Below are positions 1 through 15,664 of a stretch of DNA of 64,000 bases, in pieces. Within the stretch, counting starts at the first letter, position 1. Every line of letters starts with the position of its first letter. The translations under genes and the position numbers were made by a program. The notes below the pieces were generated by a model, which ran no database searches, was not told the origin of the DNA, and saw only the letters and a list, made by a program, of their open reading frames with translations. The stretch comes from the human T2T-CHM13v2.0 reference genome, Homo sapiens, in assembly GCF_009914755.1 (NCBI RefSeq), contig NC_060940.1. One strand, written 5' to 3'.

Positions 1-405
1 TCCATTTCTCTCTTGTCCCTCTCTCTATGTCTCTCTCTCCATCTCTCTGTCTCTCTCTTCATCTCTCCCTGCCTCGTTCTCTCTCTGTGTGTTTCTGTCT
101 CTCCCTCCACATCTCTCTGTTTCTCTCTCCATCTTTCTGTGTCTCCCTCCATTTCTCTCTTGTCCCTCTCTCTATCTTTCTTTGTCTCTCTCTCCATCTC
201 TGTCTGCCTCTTTCTCTCTCTGTGTTTGTCTCTCTCTCTACATCTCTCTGTGTGTCTCTCTCCATTTCTCTTTCTCTCTCTCCATCTTTTTTTCTCTCTC
301 CGTCCATCTTTCTTGTCCCTTTCTCTATCTCTTTTTGTCTCTCTCTCCATTTCTGTTTCTCTCTCTGTGTCTCTGTTTCTCTCTCTCTCTTTCTCTCTCT
401 CTCTC
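1..405. repeat. CT-rich low-complexity tract with degenerate ~150-bp higher-order period
   Basis: Almost purely pyrimidine (TC)n-like sequence; motif tccat(t/c)t..tcttgtccct recurs at 1, 148 and 303. Confidence 0.9.
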
Positions 406-487
406 TATATGTATATATATGTGTGTATATATATATGTGTGTATATATATGTGTATATATATGTGTGTGTGTGTATGTGTGTGTGTG

Positions 488-567
<80 letters not shown>
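406..567. repeat. Compound (TA/TG)n microsatellite
   Basis: Mixed TA/TG, then pure (TG)n at ~494-522 and pure (TA)n at ~522-566. Confidence 0.97.
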
Positions 568-569
<2 letters not shown>

Positions 570-1399
570 ATAGGGTGATTGGATGTCTATTGTGGCAGTG
601 GGAGGCTCCCAGAGTGAGTGTCCCAAGAAACTTGGGCAGAGGTGGCCTGGCCTCTCCTAGCCCACCTGGGAGGTCACACAGCAGCATGTCTGTCATGCCC
701 CACTCAGGATGCAGCTGCAGAGCCTCGCCCTGTACAGTGGGGTAGGGGTGGGGCTGCCCCTCTCCATGGCAGGAAGGTCACAGAAGGTGCTATGGGTTTT
801 ACATTCTCCCCAGCTCGGCCCCACCCCATATCATGCTCATCAGCCCTCCCCTTCCCACAGCTTCTCACACCCCCCACTCTCCCCGTCTCCAGCAGGGCTT
901 CACGTCCACCTGCTTCCCTGAGAGGCAGTGAGATGCTCTTTCATGGAGCGGGCCAGCTGGCATGGCCTCAGAGGCCTCCTCACCACAACTGGGCCTGCTG
1001 GACCCCCGCCCCCTGGGCCGGTCCTCCCCAGCTATGAGAATACAACTGCACACCCAGGAAGGCCAGTTTGGGCAAATTCCCGGGATCCATATTCTTCCTG
1101 AGACATGGCTGCAGAGTTGTCAAACTTCCTGAAGAAATATTTGTTATAACTAAAGTGTATTTTGGGTGTTGGAAATATAAACTTTGGTGCTTGACCAGGT
1201 GTGACCATAGACTAGTCCATAATGGGATGAAATGCACAGTCCGTGGATTTCCACCACAGGTTTATATTTTTAACATTTACAACCAATAAATGTTGGCTCC
1301 AACATCAACAGAAGAAAAGGAAGACCATAAATCCTTCCTTTCCAGTAGTAAAGGGAGTGGAATCCCAGACCATAACCCTTGCTATCATATTTTAATAGC

Positions 1400-1590
1400 C
1401 ACTGCTAATGGAATGCTTACCACATCCAGATTCTGCACTGAGGTTTTGCATTCATCATCAAAGTGGGTCTTTCAACAACCCCATTATTATTCCCATTTTG
1501 GAGAGAAGAAAACTGAGGCTTAGAGATTGTTAGTCACTTGCTCCAGGTCACATGTTAGCAAAAACCAGAGCCGGCTCAAGAATATCCCTG
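1400..1590 (-). mobile_element. MIR SINE fragment
   Basis: attattattcccattttggagagaagaaaactgaggcttagagattgttagtcacttgctccaggtcaca matches the reverse complement of the MIR core. Confidence 0.8.
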
Positions 1591-1723
1591 TCACTAAATG
1601 GACATCCCATATTATCACATCTCTGTCACTGAAGCTTTTCTGTAAGGGGCAGAATATTTCAAAAGCTACACATCCGTTTTCTCTGCAGAATGTGATCAGA
1701 ATGCTGCACCTTCGAAAAAATTA

Positions 1724-3005
<1,282 letters not shown>

Positions 3006-3529
3006 CGAGATTCTTGACATCACTGCAGATCTTACAGACAACTTGGGGAAAGTGGACAAATTGCTTGAAAGGCACAAACTACTAAGTTAACTCATGAAAA
3101 AATGGATAACCTGAACAGTCCTATCTATGAAAGTAACTATATTTGTAGTTAGAAACCTTCTCACCAAGAACACTCCAGGTCCATATGGCTTCACTGATGA
3201 ATTCTACCCAGGCTTTAAGGAGACTAACGATTCCAAGTTTACATAAACTTTTCCAGAAAACCGAAAAGGGGAGAGCACTTTCTCATTCATTTAATGAGGT
3301 CAGCATTATCCTAATACCAAAGTCAGACAAAGCAATTACAAGACAAGAAAACCACAGGGCCATATTCCTAATGAACAAAGAAGCAACAATTCTAAATAAA
3401 ATTTTAGGAAATCAAACCCAACAAAGGATAATGCATCACATGTAAGTGAGTCCCAAGAATGCAAGATTAGTTTATTTGAAAATCAATCAATGTAATTCAT
3501 CATCGTGACAAACTAAACAAGAAAATCAT

Positions 3530-3836
3530 GGCTGGGTGCGGTGGCTCATGCCTGAATCCCAGCACTTTGGGAGGCCGAGGCAGGCGGATCACTTGAGGTC
3601 AGGAGTTTGAGACCAGCCTGGCCAACATGGTGAAACCCCGTCTCTACTAAAAATACAAAAATTAGCTGGGCGTGGTGGCACATGCCTGTAATCCCAGCTA
3701 CTTGGGAGGCTGAGCAGAAGAATCACTTGAACTAGGGAGGCGGAGGTTGCAGTGAACCGAGATTGTTCCACTGCACTCCAGCCTGGGCGACAGAGTGACA
3801 CTCCATGAAAGAAAAAAGAAAGAAAGAAAAGAAAAG

Positions 3837-3867
<31 letters not shown>

Positions 3868-3876
3868 GAGAGAAAA
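3530..3876 (+). mobile_element. AluS with (GAAAA)n tail
   Basis: Full Alu; TSD aagaaaatcat at 3519-3529 and 3877-3887. Confidence 0.95.
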
Positions 3877-3990
3877 AAGAAAATCATGATAATCTAATAG
3901 TGGCAGGAAAAGCATCTGACAAAACCCAACATTCATTCCTAATTAAAAAAAGTCTGAGAAAACAAGGAATAGAAGGACATCCCCCTCATT

Positions 3991-5720
3991 TTGAAAAACA
4001 CAGTCACAACTCACCCAGTATGAAATAGATAATTTCAATAGTCCTATAAGTACTTTAAAAATTAAATTAATAATTTTTAAATTACCACAAAAGAAATCTT
4101 GTTCATATGGCTTTACTGGAGAATTCTACCAAATGTTTAAACAAGAATTAACACCAATTTTATACAGTCTCTTCTGAGAAATACATGAGATGGGGATAGT
4201 TTGCAGTTCATTCTGTGAAGCTAGTATTGCACTAATACAGAAACCAGACAAAGGCAATAAAATTTTAGTCTAATATTCCCCGTGAATGTAGAGGCAAACA
4301 TTCTTGAGTATATATCGGCAAACAGAATTCAGTAATATATAAGAAGAATTATACACCATAACCAAGTAGGATTAATTCCAAGGATGCAGGCATGTTTCAA
4401 TACTCAAAAATTATGAGTATTGAACATAATCCACCCTACTGACAAGTTAAAGAAGAAAAATCACATATTCACATTAATCAATGCAAAAAACAGCATTGAT
4501 AAAATTCAACATCCGTTTGTGATTTTAAAAAAAGCTCAGAAAAATAGAAATAGGGGAGAAACTTCCTGACTTGACAAAATGCATCTACAAAAAGCTACAG
4601 ATAACATTATACTTAGTTGTGGAAGACTAAATGTTTTCCCCCTAAGATTGAGAACACAGCAAGAATGTCCACTCTCCCTACTCTTATTCAGTGTAGTGCT
4701 ATAGGTTCTAGCCAGAATAATAAACACCAAAATTAAAAATACAATTCCACTTATAATTGCTCAAATGATGTAGTAAATGTAACAAAACACATACCTTGTA
4801 TGCTGAAAAATATACAATGTTGATGAAGGAAATCAAAGAAGGTCTTAATAAATGGAGTGATATACTGCATTCAGGGATTGAAAGACTCAACATAGTAAAG
4901 AGGTCAATTCTCTTCAAATTGATATACAAGTTTAATGCAATTAATATCAAAATAACGGCAGAATTTTTTAACAGATGGACAGGGTTATTCTAAAATTTAT
5001 TTGAAAATGGAAAGAAACTAGGTAAGTTCAAATAATTTTGAAAAAAAGAAGAATAAAGTGAGAAGAATCAGTCTCCCCAATGTCAAGGGTGACTACATAG
5101 CTACAGTAATCAAGAAGGCAGTGATAATGGTGGAAGGATAGACATATGTCAGTGGAACAGAATAGAGACTCAGAAATAGAACCACACCAATATGCCCAAC
5201 TGATTTTTAACAAAGATGCAATTCAATGGAGAAAAAAAGAGACTTTTCAACAAACAGTGCCAGAGAATAGCACATAGGCAATAAAATCAACATCTATGTA
5301 AGGTTCACATCTTATACAAAAATCAATTCAAAATGTATAATGAACTTAAATGTAAAATATAAAACTATGAAACTTTCGGGAAAAATGTCTTAGGAATATA
5401 CGCCTAGGCAAAAAGGTCTTAAGACTTAACACCAATAGCACAATCCACAAAAGAAAAAGATTGATAAATTCAACTGCATCAGAATTAAAAACTTTTGCTC
5501 TTGAAAGATACTTTTCTAAGGATAAAAAGAAGATCCACAGAGTGAGAGAAAATATTTGCAAACAACATATCTGAAAAAGGACTAGTATCCAGAATATATA
5601 AAGAACTGTCAAGACTCAGTTAAACCAAACGATCCAATTAGGCAAAAGACATGACGAAACATTTCACTGAAGAGATTACACCGATGGTAAATAAGCACAT
5701 GAAAAAACACTGAACGTCAC
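3991..5720 (+). mobile_element. Second old L1M ORF2 fragment
   Basis: Repeats the GFTGEFYQ region (ggctttactggagaattctaccaa) and continues into the ORF2 C-terminal region (agacttttcaacaaacagtgc, tatctgaaaaaggactagtatccagaatatataaagaact). Confidence 0.85.
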
Positions 5721-6478
5721 CAGCCTTCACAGAATTGAAGAGAGTTAGGGCCTTGCTCCAGATTAGGCTTTGGCTCAAGGCAATGTTGTAGTTAGTTTGA
5801 TCTTTTATTCAGACCGTAAACCTTTCACCATATCAGCAGTAAGGCTATTTCACTTTTTTATCATTCATGTGTTCACTGGAGTAGCACTTTTAATTTCCTT
5901 CAAAAGCTTTTACTTTGCATGCACAACTTGGCCAACTGTTTGGTGCAAGAGGCCTAGTTTCAGCGTACCTTGGCTTCTGACATGGCTTCCTCACTAAGCT
6001 TAATCGTTTCAGCTCTCGGTGTAAAGTGAGACCTGTGACTCTTCCTTTCACTCAAACACTTACAGGCCACTGTAGGATGATTCCTTGACCTAATTTCAAT
6101 ATTATTATGTTGCAGTGAATAGAGAGGCCCGAGGACAGGGAGAGAGATGGGGGAAGAGCCAGTGATACAGTTAGAACACACAAGCCGTTTATTGATTAAG
6201 TTCACTGTCTTATAGGGGCATGGTTCATGGTGCCCCAGAACAATTACAATAGTGACGAAGCTCACCGATCGCAGATCACCATAACAGAAGTAATCATAAT
6301 GAAACGGTTTGAAATACTGTGAGAATTACTCAAATGTGACAGAGCCATGACATAAGCACGTACTGTTGGGAAAATGGCGCTGATAGACTTGCTCCATGCA
6401 AGGTCTCCACAAACCCTCAGTTTGTAAGAAACACAGACAGTAAAGCACTTAAATGCATAATAAAACAAGGGAGGCCTG
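5721..6478 (-). mobile_element. Tigger1 DNA transposon, 5' portion
   Basis: Minus strand starts caggcctcccttgttttatt (TIR-like) and contains the decayed transposase start (KCLSERKSH..., IKLSEEAMSEAK). Confidence 0.9.
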
Positions 6479-6500
6479 CACACTCCAGTAAAGCTCTTTA

Positions 6501-6812
6501 TTTTTATTTATTTATTTATTTAATTTATTTATTTATTTATTATTTATTTATTTATTTATTTATTTTAAGATGGAGTCTCGCTCTCTTGCCCAGGCTGGAG
6601 TGCAGTGACGCGATCTCGACTCACTGCAAGCTCCAGCTCCTGGATTCATGCCATTCTCCTGCCTCAGCCTCCCTAGTAGCTGGGACTACAGGCGCCCGCC
6701 ACTGCGCCAGGCTAATTTTTTGTATTTTTAGTAGACACAGGGTTTCACTGTGTTAGCCAGGATGGTCTCAATCTCCTGACCTCGTGATCCGCCCACCTCG
6801 GCCTCCCAAAGG
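6501..6812 (-). mobile_element. AluY, 5'-truncated, (TTTA)n tail
   Basis: Y diagnostics actgcaagctcc and gtgttagccagg; 14-bp TSD agtaaagctcttta at 6487-6500 and 6813-6826. Confidence 0.93.
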
Positions 6813-6944
6813 AGTAAAGCTCTTTAAAAAAGAAAGAGTCTGGACAAGTAAATGTTGCCCTTTTAGAGTTTTTTGCTTTTCTAACAGAAAGGGACGTTAG
6901 AGACCGTCTAACCTCGTTGTTTTCCAACTGTGTTTCTTGGAACC

Positions 6945-7511
6945 TGAGGTGGACTATGATTTGCAAAGATGTCCGCAATCATACCCTGATGCCTGTAGGC
7001 TCTCCCACAACATGGTCTTGCCTCACCTGTTACTGAGAGGGAGATCTGTGTTCCCTGTGGTTGAATTTGGTGGCCCTTTGACCATCGATAGAATGTGGTG
7101 AAAGTAAGGCTGTGTGACTCCTGTGACTAGTTCACATGGGCCACATGTCTTCCACCTGGTTCTCTGGAAACTCTTGCTCTGGAGGAAGCCAGCCACCAAG
7201 TAAGAAATCTGACAACCCTGAGACCGCCATGCTGGAGAGGCCACATGTGGATGCATTGGCTGACAGCCCCTGCATCAACACCAGCCACGTGAGCAAGACA
7301 CCTTGGACACACATGCGGCCTGTCAAGCCTCCAGCTGCCTGCAGTCCAAGCCAACACCTGGCTGCACTCTCTTGAGAGACTCCAAGTGATGATTGCCCAG
7401 TCAATCCCTCTCTAAATCCCAGCCCACCAAATCGTAAACAAAGTAAAAGGGCAATCGTTTGATAGCACTGATTTCTGGGGTAATTGGTTACGTAGCAATA
7501 GTAACCAAACT
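6945..7511 (+). mobile_element. MLT1 (F/G/H-like) MaLR solo LTR
   Basis: gaagccagccacc..ccgccatgctggagaggccacatg core and 3' end ggggtaattggttacgtagcaatag. Confidence 0.75.
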
Positions 7512-9779
7512 AGACCATGCCAGGGATCCCTGGAAGGCAGGGAGAGGGCAGGGTGAGAATCTTCATGGTGGGGGTTCTGGTAGCCTCCCTCCCTCCCTCC
7601 CTACTTGCTCAGGTGAGAGGAATTCGATTTGTTGGAGGAAAGTTCCCCTGGTCTCACCTAGCCCCTTCATTTTGGAGATCAGGATACAGAGGCAAAGCAG
7701 GGAAGTAATGAGCTGAGGTTTACAAGGCTAGGACGTGAACATGCCATTTCTCACCCTAGAATCTGGCAACTCCAAGTCCAGGGCTCCAATCTGAACATAT
7801 CAGCTGGCCATTGGGAAGCTCCCAAGTCAATTCTGGGCTTTCTTAGTGCTCCCACTGTAATCTCAATAACACAGATGTTTTTTCCAATTCAAGTTGTGAA
7901 TCTTAAAGCAAATCTGTCAATTAGAAGAGAGTCATCAGGTTCTGTAGTTAAGGTCTTCCAGTGCTAATTCAAGCAATCTGCTTTCCATCTAGCAGAAGCT
8001 ACACCCCACATGTGTGTCCTGTGTGATTGTAACTTTGTTTTTAAAGCACTACCTGGGGAAGCATTTCTTATAAAAATTGTCGAAACAACGTAACACTCTC
8101 ACCCACATGTATTTCCTTTCAGTTTCAACCCATCCAGTCCTGGCAACTCCTATAAGCATCTGCTGTGTTACTTTTTTCCTTCTTCTCCTTTAATGCCAGG
8201 GACCTCGTGCTGGGGACCTCGGTAGACCAGGAAGCCACAGTTGGGAATGCATTCAGAGACCATTAGTTCAGGAAGCACAGTGAAATCCAAAGAAACCATG
8301 AACCAGTGAGTTGGAAAACACTCTATGAAAGGCCTTTTCAGGCAGTTTCTTTCAGGAGGAGTTTGTTTTTGGATTAAAGGAGTTTATTCAGGTATTCACA
8401 AATACCCAGGCTCTCGGCAGCAGCTGGAACGTGGAAAGCCCTCAGTCATAATCAATGGCTGTAGAGCAGACTGGCATGTTCTGCTTGAGCAACACAAGGA
8501 TGAAAGGGGCATAATTAGGGGACACGCCTTCAGAGGAGATGAAAGGCTCAAGACATCCTCAAAAACGGAGGCAAAATATACCCTGAAGTCACTAGTTTCT
8601 TTATTTTGGAAGTAGCAGTTCCAATAAAAGCCTAGGTGTCAAAGGCATTGGGATGCAGCCAAGCCTTGGACGCGGTTGCTTTCTTTCTTTCTCGCCCCTG
8701 CCGCTCTTTTCTTGCTTGGGGAAGAAAACTGATGGAAATGTCACTCCTGTATTTCCTGCACTCCTAGCAAATGGTGTAAATGCCTCGCTCCTTAACCGGG
8801 GACTCCAGGCTGAGCTGACACTTTGATGGGCTTCCAGGCGGGGTGCATGAGAGGACCACAGGGGTTAATGGAGTAGGTCGGATTTGAAATCTTCCCCCAC
8901 ATCAGATTCTTCAGGGTTTTCTCAGTGGCTCATTTGTATTTTGGAGTCAGCTGGTTACAAAACAGCGCCCTTCCTCTGCTTAGAGACCTGAGAAAGCTTA
9001 GGACACTTCACAGTCCTCTTGCAAGCTCCCTTGCCTTGGAAAATTCTTATTTCCTCATTCAATTCAATACAGAAGATGAGCTGGTTTTCATGAACAAGGG
9101 GTTTTGTGCTGAGGGCATTGAACAATCTATCCCACCCACCGTTCATTTTCAGATGGGAAGGGGAAGCCCGGCTGAGACTGGGTGACTTGCTCTGAGTGGT
9201 AGAACTAGAGCCAAAGAGAAATTTGGGAGAAGTTTTGACCCCCAAAAGAGTGCTTTTTCTCCTGTTTGAGCTGTTCCTTTTCCACTTCCCTTTATTTTTA
9301 ATCCTTTAATGGACATACTCTGACTGTGTTCTGAGCACTCATTAACACATATTTAAATAATTATGGAAAAATCCGCATTTTATGCATCCTTAAGCACTTT
9401 GACCTCTGGGTTTCTGCAGCTGGGGTTTACGGAGCTTCAAATATTTGGCACTTTTTAATCCCCGCTCTCACTGCTTCTTTTGCTTCTGTGGTCTTGAAGG
9501 AACCAACACAACACACCTGCCTTGTTGAGCTCAGTCTCCAAAACACTCGGCTTTTTCTTTTTCTTCTCCCCGCTTCCCCCCACCCTTTCCTGGCTGAAGT
9601 GGAGAGTGGAGAATGAATGTGCTATTGAAAAGCCACGTTGACAACACCACTAAATAAGGATTCCTCTTGGTTGGCAGAATTTTTCCAGTTTAGACCAGGG
9701 CTGCATGGAAGGAGATGGGAGGGTGTTCCTCGGCCGGCACAGTGATTGTAGCTTGAGGCAGAAGTTTCCACAAAAATGA

Positions 9780-10495
<716 letters not shown>

Positions 10496-10559
10496 GTTCC
10501 TCAGGAAAAACAGCCTTCATCCATACAAGGTTGCAACGCCCCATCTGCTGGGGATGTGT

Positions 10560-10943
10560 TGCTTGACGTGAGACTCAAAGGCTGAAGAGGAGCGGTCCAG
10601 GCTGGGGAAGAGGGTTTCAGGTGGGGAAAAGAGTTGGACCTTGGCAGGGGAGCAGCAGGCAGGAGGAGTATTTACCCTTGTATTTACCTCCCCATGGTGC
10701 TCCCTTGGGCTGGCAGCATCCGTTGACTGAAGGGACACGTTGGCTGGCCCTCTCCCGCAGGTGCAGCTCACGCTCTGTGCCCCATGACAGTCACTCCCAC
10801 TGCTGCTAGCCTGGGCTGCTTCTCCCTTGTTACGGATTCCTTTAGTCCCGGCCAAGCCTGTGTAAGTAGCTTGTTTATTAAACTCTCTCGATGGCCCTGT
10901 TTGAGAGCATCAGCTGTTTCTTCCTGCAACCCTGCCTGGCACA
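10560..10943 (+). mobile_element. Ancient ERVL LTR (LTR33/LTR16-like)
   Basis: 3' end attaaactctctc..tttgagagcatcagctgtttcttcctgcaaccctgcctggcaca resembles ERVL LTR termini; 5' boundary uncertain. Confidence 0.45.
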
Positions 10944-11288
10944 AAGGGATGATCACCATGATCCTTAATCATTTTACAAGATGAACAAATGTACAGTTCA
11001 ACACAGCAAGACGACAAACAGGCAAACAAGAAAGATAACAAACATCACCATGCTTGAGAGGAAAAGAAGAGAGTGGAACTAACTGTGGGGGAGGACCTCA
11101 TACACCCAAACAAGGCCTGTCAATAACTTCTGCTCCTCGGATCCCAGATCTGCCCCTCTCTGTATTCTTTATTGCTCATGATTGTTGAAGACATGACCAG
11201 CCAAACAACTGGCCAGGCAGGAAGCATGGTGGTCATCGAATGGACTCTGTTCACAGTTGGCGTTTGCATGACGAAATAGCGCTGTACT

Positions 11289-11767
<479 letters not shown>

Positions 11768-12603
11768 TTATTTACTTAGTACTTGTCTTCAAATCCGCTC
11801 ACTTTTTATAAGAATGCAGTTATCTTCAAGCCAAGAAATACTACTGCAAAATTAAGAGTTTTATGCCCTTAATGTGTATCTTAAAATCTTAACTTAACTT
11901 TAAATATGCAACTATCTTAAAAAGTCGGTGTATGACCTAAAACATCTTGTGTGTCAGCAGTTGGAACACTTACTGCATTGTAAAAAAACATCGCCTTGAC
12001 CCAAGACAGGGGGAGGAGCCATTCGTATACCTGCGTATGACCTCAGGCAAGGCTCTTGATGTTTCTGGGACTCTTGTAAAATGATGGCAATAGTATCCAC
12101 CTTGCAGCATTGTTATAATCATTAACAATTCATTGGACCATCTCTCCATGCATCCATCCATGCATCTACCCATCCATCCATCCAAACTCAATCTTGTTCC
12201 AAAGGGAACTGAAGTCTACTCACCGGCCCTGTATGCAGTAAGTCCGCCATGCATTGAAGCTACTAACCAGTGTCATCAATCTTATTCCAGCCTTCTTCAG
12301 CTTGCTGCCTTTGCTGGGGAAGTGCCCACTCAGGACAGCTGAGGAGACGGAGCCACGGAGGTTGACATAGGAGGTGATGGAACAGCCAGTTTTCCTGCTG
12401 AGCCCATCCGTATAGACAGCCGGCATGCATTGATGTGTCTCTCTCCCAGCTTCAACCCCTGTCTGCAGAGCTGGAGTCTCCGACTGTTCCCGCATGTCCC
12501 TTCTCTGTTGTTACCTGCAGTCCAGACAAAAATGGCATAGTAAAATAAAAGTTGAGAGAATGCACAAACTGATCTTTATTTTCTCCAACATCAAAGCGTG
12601 ATT

Positions 12604-12911
<308 letters not shown>

Positions 12912-13084
12912 GCATGATTTTTTTTCTTTCTGTTCTAGACAATTTGAAAACACGAATGAGAAGAAGAAACAGAATCCCCCTAATCCTAACTGCATCAAAC
13001 ACAGCAAGCACTTCAACATTCATCTCTGTGGACCCTTTCTTGCTAGGAAAGCTGGAGATTTTCCCTACATAATTATGCTTAAAA

Positions 13085-13780
13085 AAAAAAAACCTTTCAA
13101 GTTTAGAATAGTTTTATATTTGCAGAGAAATTGTGACAATAGTACAGAGAAATACACCCCACACCCAGTTCCCCCTATTATTAACATCTTATATTAGTAT
13201 GGTGGAACATTTGTTACAATTAATGCAGAATGAGACATTTTTATTAACTGAAGTCCATACTTGATGTTCTTTTTCTGTCCCAGAATCCCACATTGCATTT
13301 AGTCATTGTGTGTCCCCAGGCTCCTCTTGGCTGTGACACTTTCTGACTCTCCTTGTCTTTGATGATCCTGAGAGTTTTAACGAGGACTGGTCAGGCGTTT
13401 TGTAGAACGTCCCTCAATTTGATCGCCTGATTTTTTTTTTCTTTTTTTTTTTTTTTTGAGATGGAGTCTTGCTCTGTCATCAAGGCTGGAGTGCTGTGGC
13501 TCGATCTCGGCTCCCTGCAACCTCGCCTCCCAGGTTCAAGCAATTCTGCTGCCTCAACCTCCCATATAGCTGGGACTACAGGCACGTGTCACCACGCCTG
13601 GCTAATTTTTGTATTTTTAGCAGAGACATGGTTTCACTGTGTTGGCCAGGCTGATCTCAAACTCCTGACCTCAAGTGATCTGCCCGTCTCAGCCTCCCAA
13701 AGTGCTGGGATTACAGGCATGAGCCACCACTCCCACCCTGGTGTTTTTCATGATTAAACTAATCCGGTTTTTGGGAGTGA
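13085..13780 (-). mobile_element. L1MC 3' UTR fragment interrupted by an Alu
   Basis: cacccagttccccctattattaacatctta..cacattgcatttagtc..ggtcaggcgttttgtagaacgtccctcaattt are L1MC3/4-type motifs. Confidence 0.75.
13431..13738 (-). mobile_element. AluS
   Basis: Poly-T followed by a full reverse Alu body. Confidence 0.93.
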
Positions 13781-14560
13781 CACTTTTTAAACCCCTTGTT
13801 TAAGTTTCTATTATGAAGGATAGGAGAGAAGAGCTGATAACTTTTGGGGATAGCTAAGAAGAAAGCATGTTGCTACATTTTTGCCTCCACTCAATTAGTG
13901 AGTGTAGTTTGAGGCCACCTGACTACAGGGCTGCCTTCTCTCCCCTTTCCCATCTCTAGGCTCCAGTCTCCACTGCCTGAAGGAAAGAAGCTTTTGAAAC
14001 TTGAATCCCATCTCATCACTTCCTGGCTGAAAGCGCCGGCGCTGCTGTGGCTGTGGTCCTTGGGCAGGATTCCAAATCCTTCTTCTGAGCTTTCAAAGCC
14101 CTCATCTGGCTCCAGAAGTTCCTTACCCCTGGTCTTAGTTAGAGACAAAAATTTGGATGCAAGTAGTTGATTTGGGGTGGGATTGGTGATCCAGGAAGCA
14201 GGGGAGAAGGGGTGGGGTGGAAGGAAACTGTGAAAGGGCATGGGCAATGTCAGCAAGGGGGTCTCGTTTCTGCTGGAGACCCCCAAGGAGTGTGCAGAAC
14301 CTCCTCTGAGTCTGCCAGCTCCTGTTCTTTGTGATTTGGGGATGCTCCTGGGTCATTACTGTCTGGATGTCCAGCCTGCTTCCTGTTAAGCAGGGTGGTG
14401 TTGGGGACCTGCCCCCTCCAGCTGTGGGGGCATCCAGGTGGGCCATGGGAGGCGGTGGGCCCCACAGCCTCCTTCTCTGATGGGCTTTCCTGGACACATT
14501 GGACACTGTCTTCCCACCACCCCACCTCCCGGTTAGCCTGGCCACCTTCTCACTCAAAAT

Positions 14561-15127
14561 GCGTGGTCTCCAAAGTGGGTGCTTGTGGGTCAGACCACCT
14601 CAGAAGTGACCTCCAGGAGAGGGAGGTAAATAACAGAACTTCTACTTACATCTTTTTTTCATCTCAAAGTAAAAGAGACCAAGTCTTAGGAAGGCATTGA
14701 CACCATGGCATGTATTCTGTGAGGTTTTCCTCCATTTGGAGGTGCTCTATTAAAAATGTAAGAGATTTTTTCCCTTTCTGAGGAGCACTCAAGAGGGATA
14801 GTGAAATAAACTAAACTCAGAACCAGATTCTTACATCTCTGTGTTAAAAAGTGTGAAAGATTTTCAAAACAACATTGTATCTGTAATCACAGTGCTTCTG
14901 AAAAAAAATGAGAGCAAAAGTTTTTTTACTGTTTATAACATAAAATGATACTTAATTATTGCTTTTTTGTATTTAGCATATTCTTTTAATTTTTTCTATT
15001 TTTGTTTTACAAAGTAGATGATGCACATGGAGGGCCTGTATAGAATTTATAATAAATGAGCATGGGTTGTGTGGCGTCAACATTTTTTACCTGATGGGAA
15101 GCAGATCAGGAGGGTTTGGACCAGGTT
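14561..15127. mobile_element. Possible hAT/Charlie-type DNA transposon remnant
   Basis: Ends gtggtctccaaagtggg and gtttggaccagg resemble hAT TIRs around an AT-rich interior. Confidence 0.35.
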
Positions 15128-15301
15128 TAGGTGTAGCTGACACGCTGCTTCTTCCAGCTGTGCCCTGATTGTCCAAGTACTGGTTTGATAACTCGATGAT
15201 GAGGTCCTACACTCCCTCCACCTCCCTCCTCTCCCATTCATGTTCCTAATCTCGACTGTGTTCCCGATGCCTTTGTTCTGTGTGATGTCATGGTCCCATA
15301 G

Positions 15302-15664
<363 letters not shown>

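Noticed and set aside
13-745. Long ORFs of 170-218 aa (SLSL/CVCV/YIYI)
   Set aside because: Translations of stop-poor microsatellites
14257-14284. 9-bp hairpin gggggtctc/gagaccccc
   Set aside because: Short enough to be expected by chance; lies in a probable old LTR remnant
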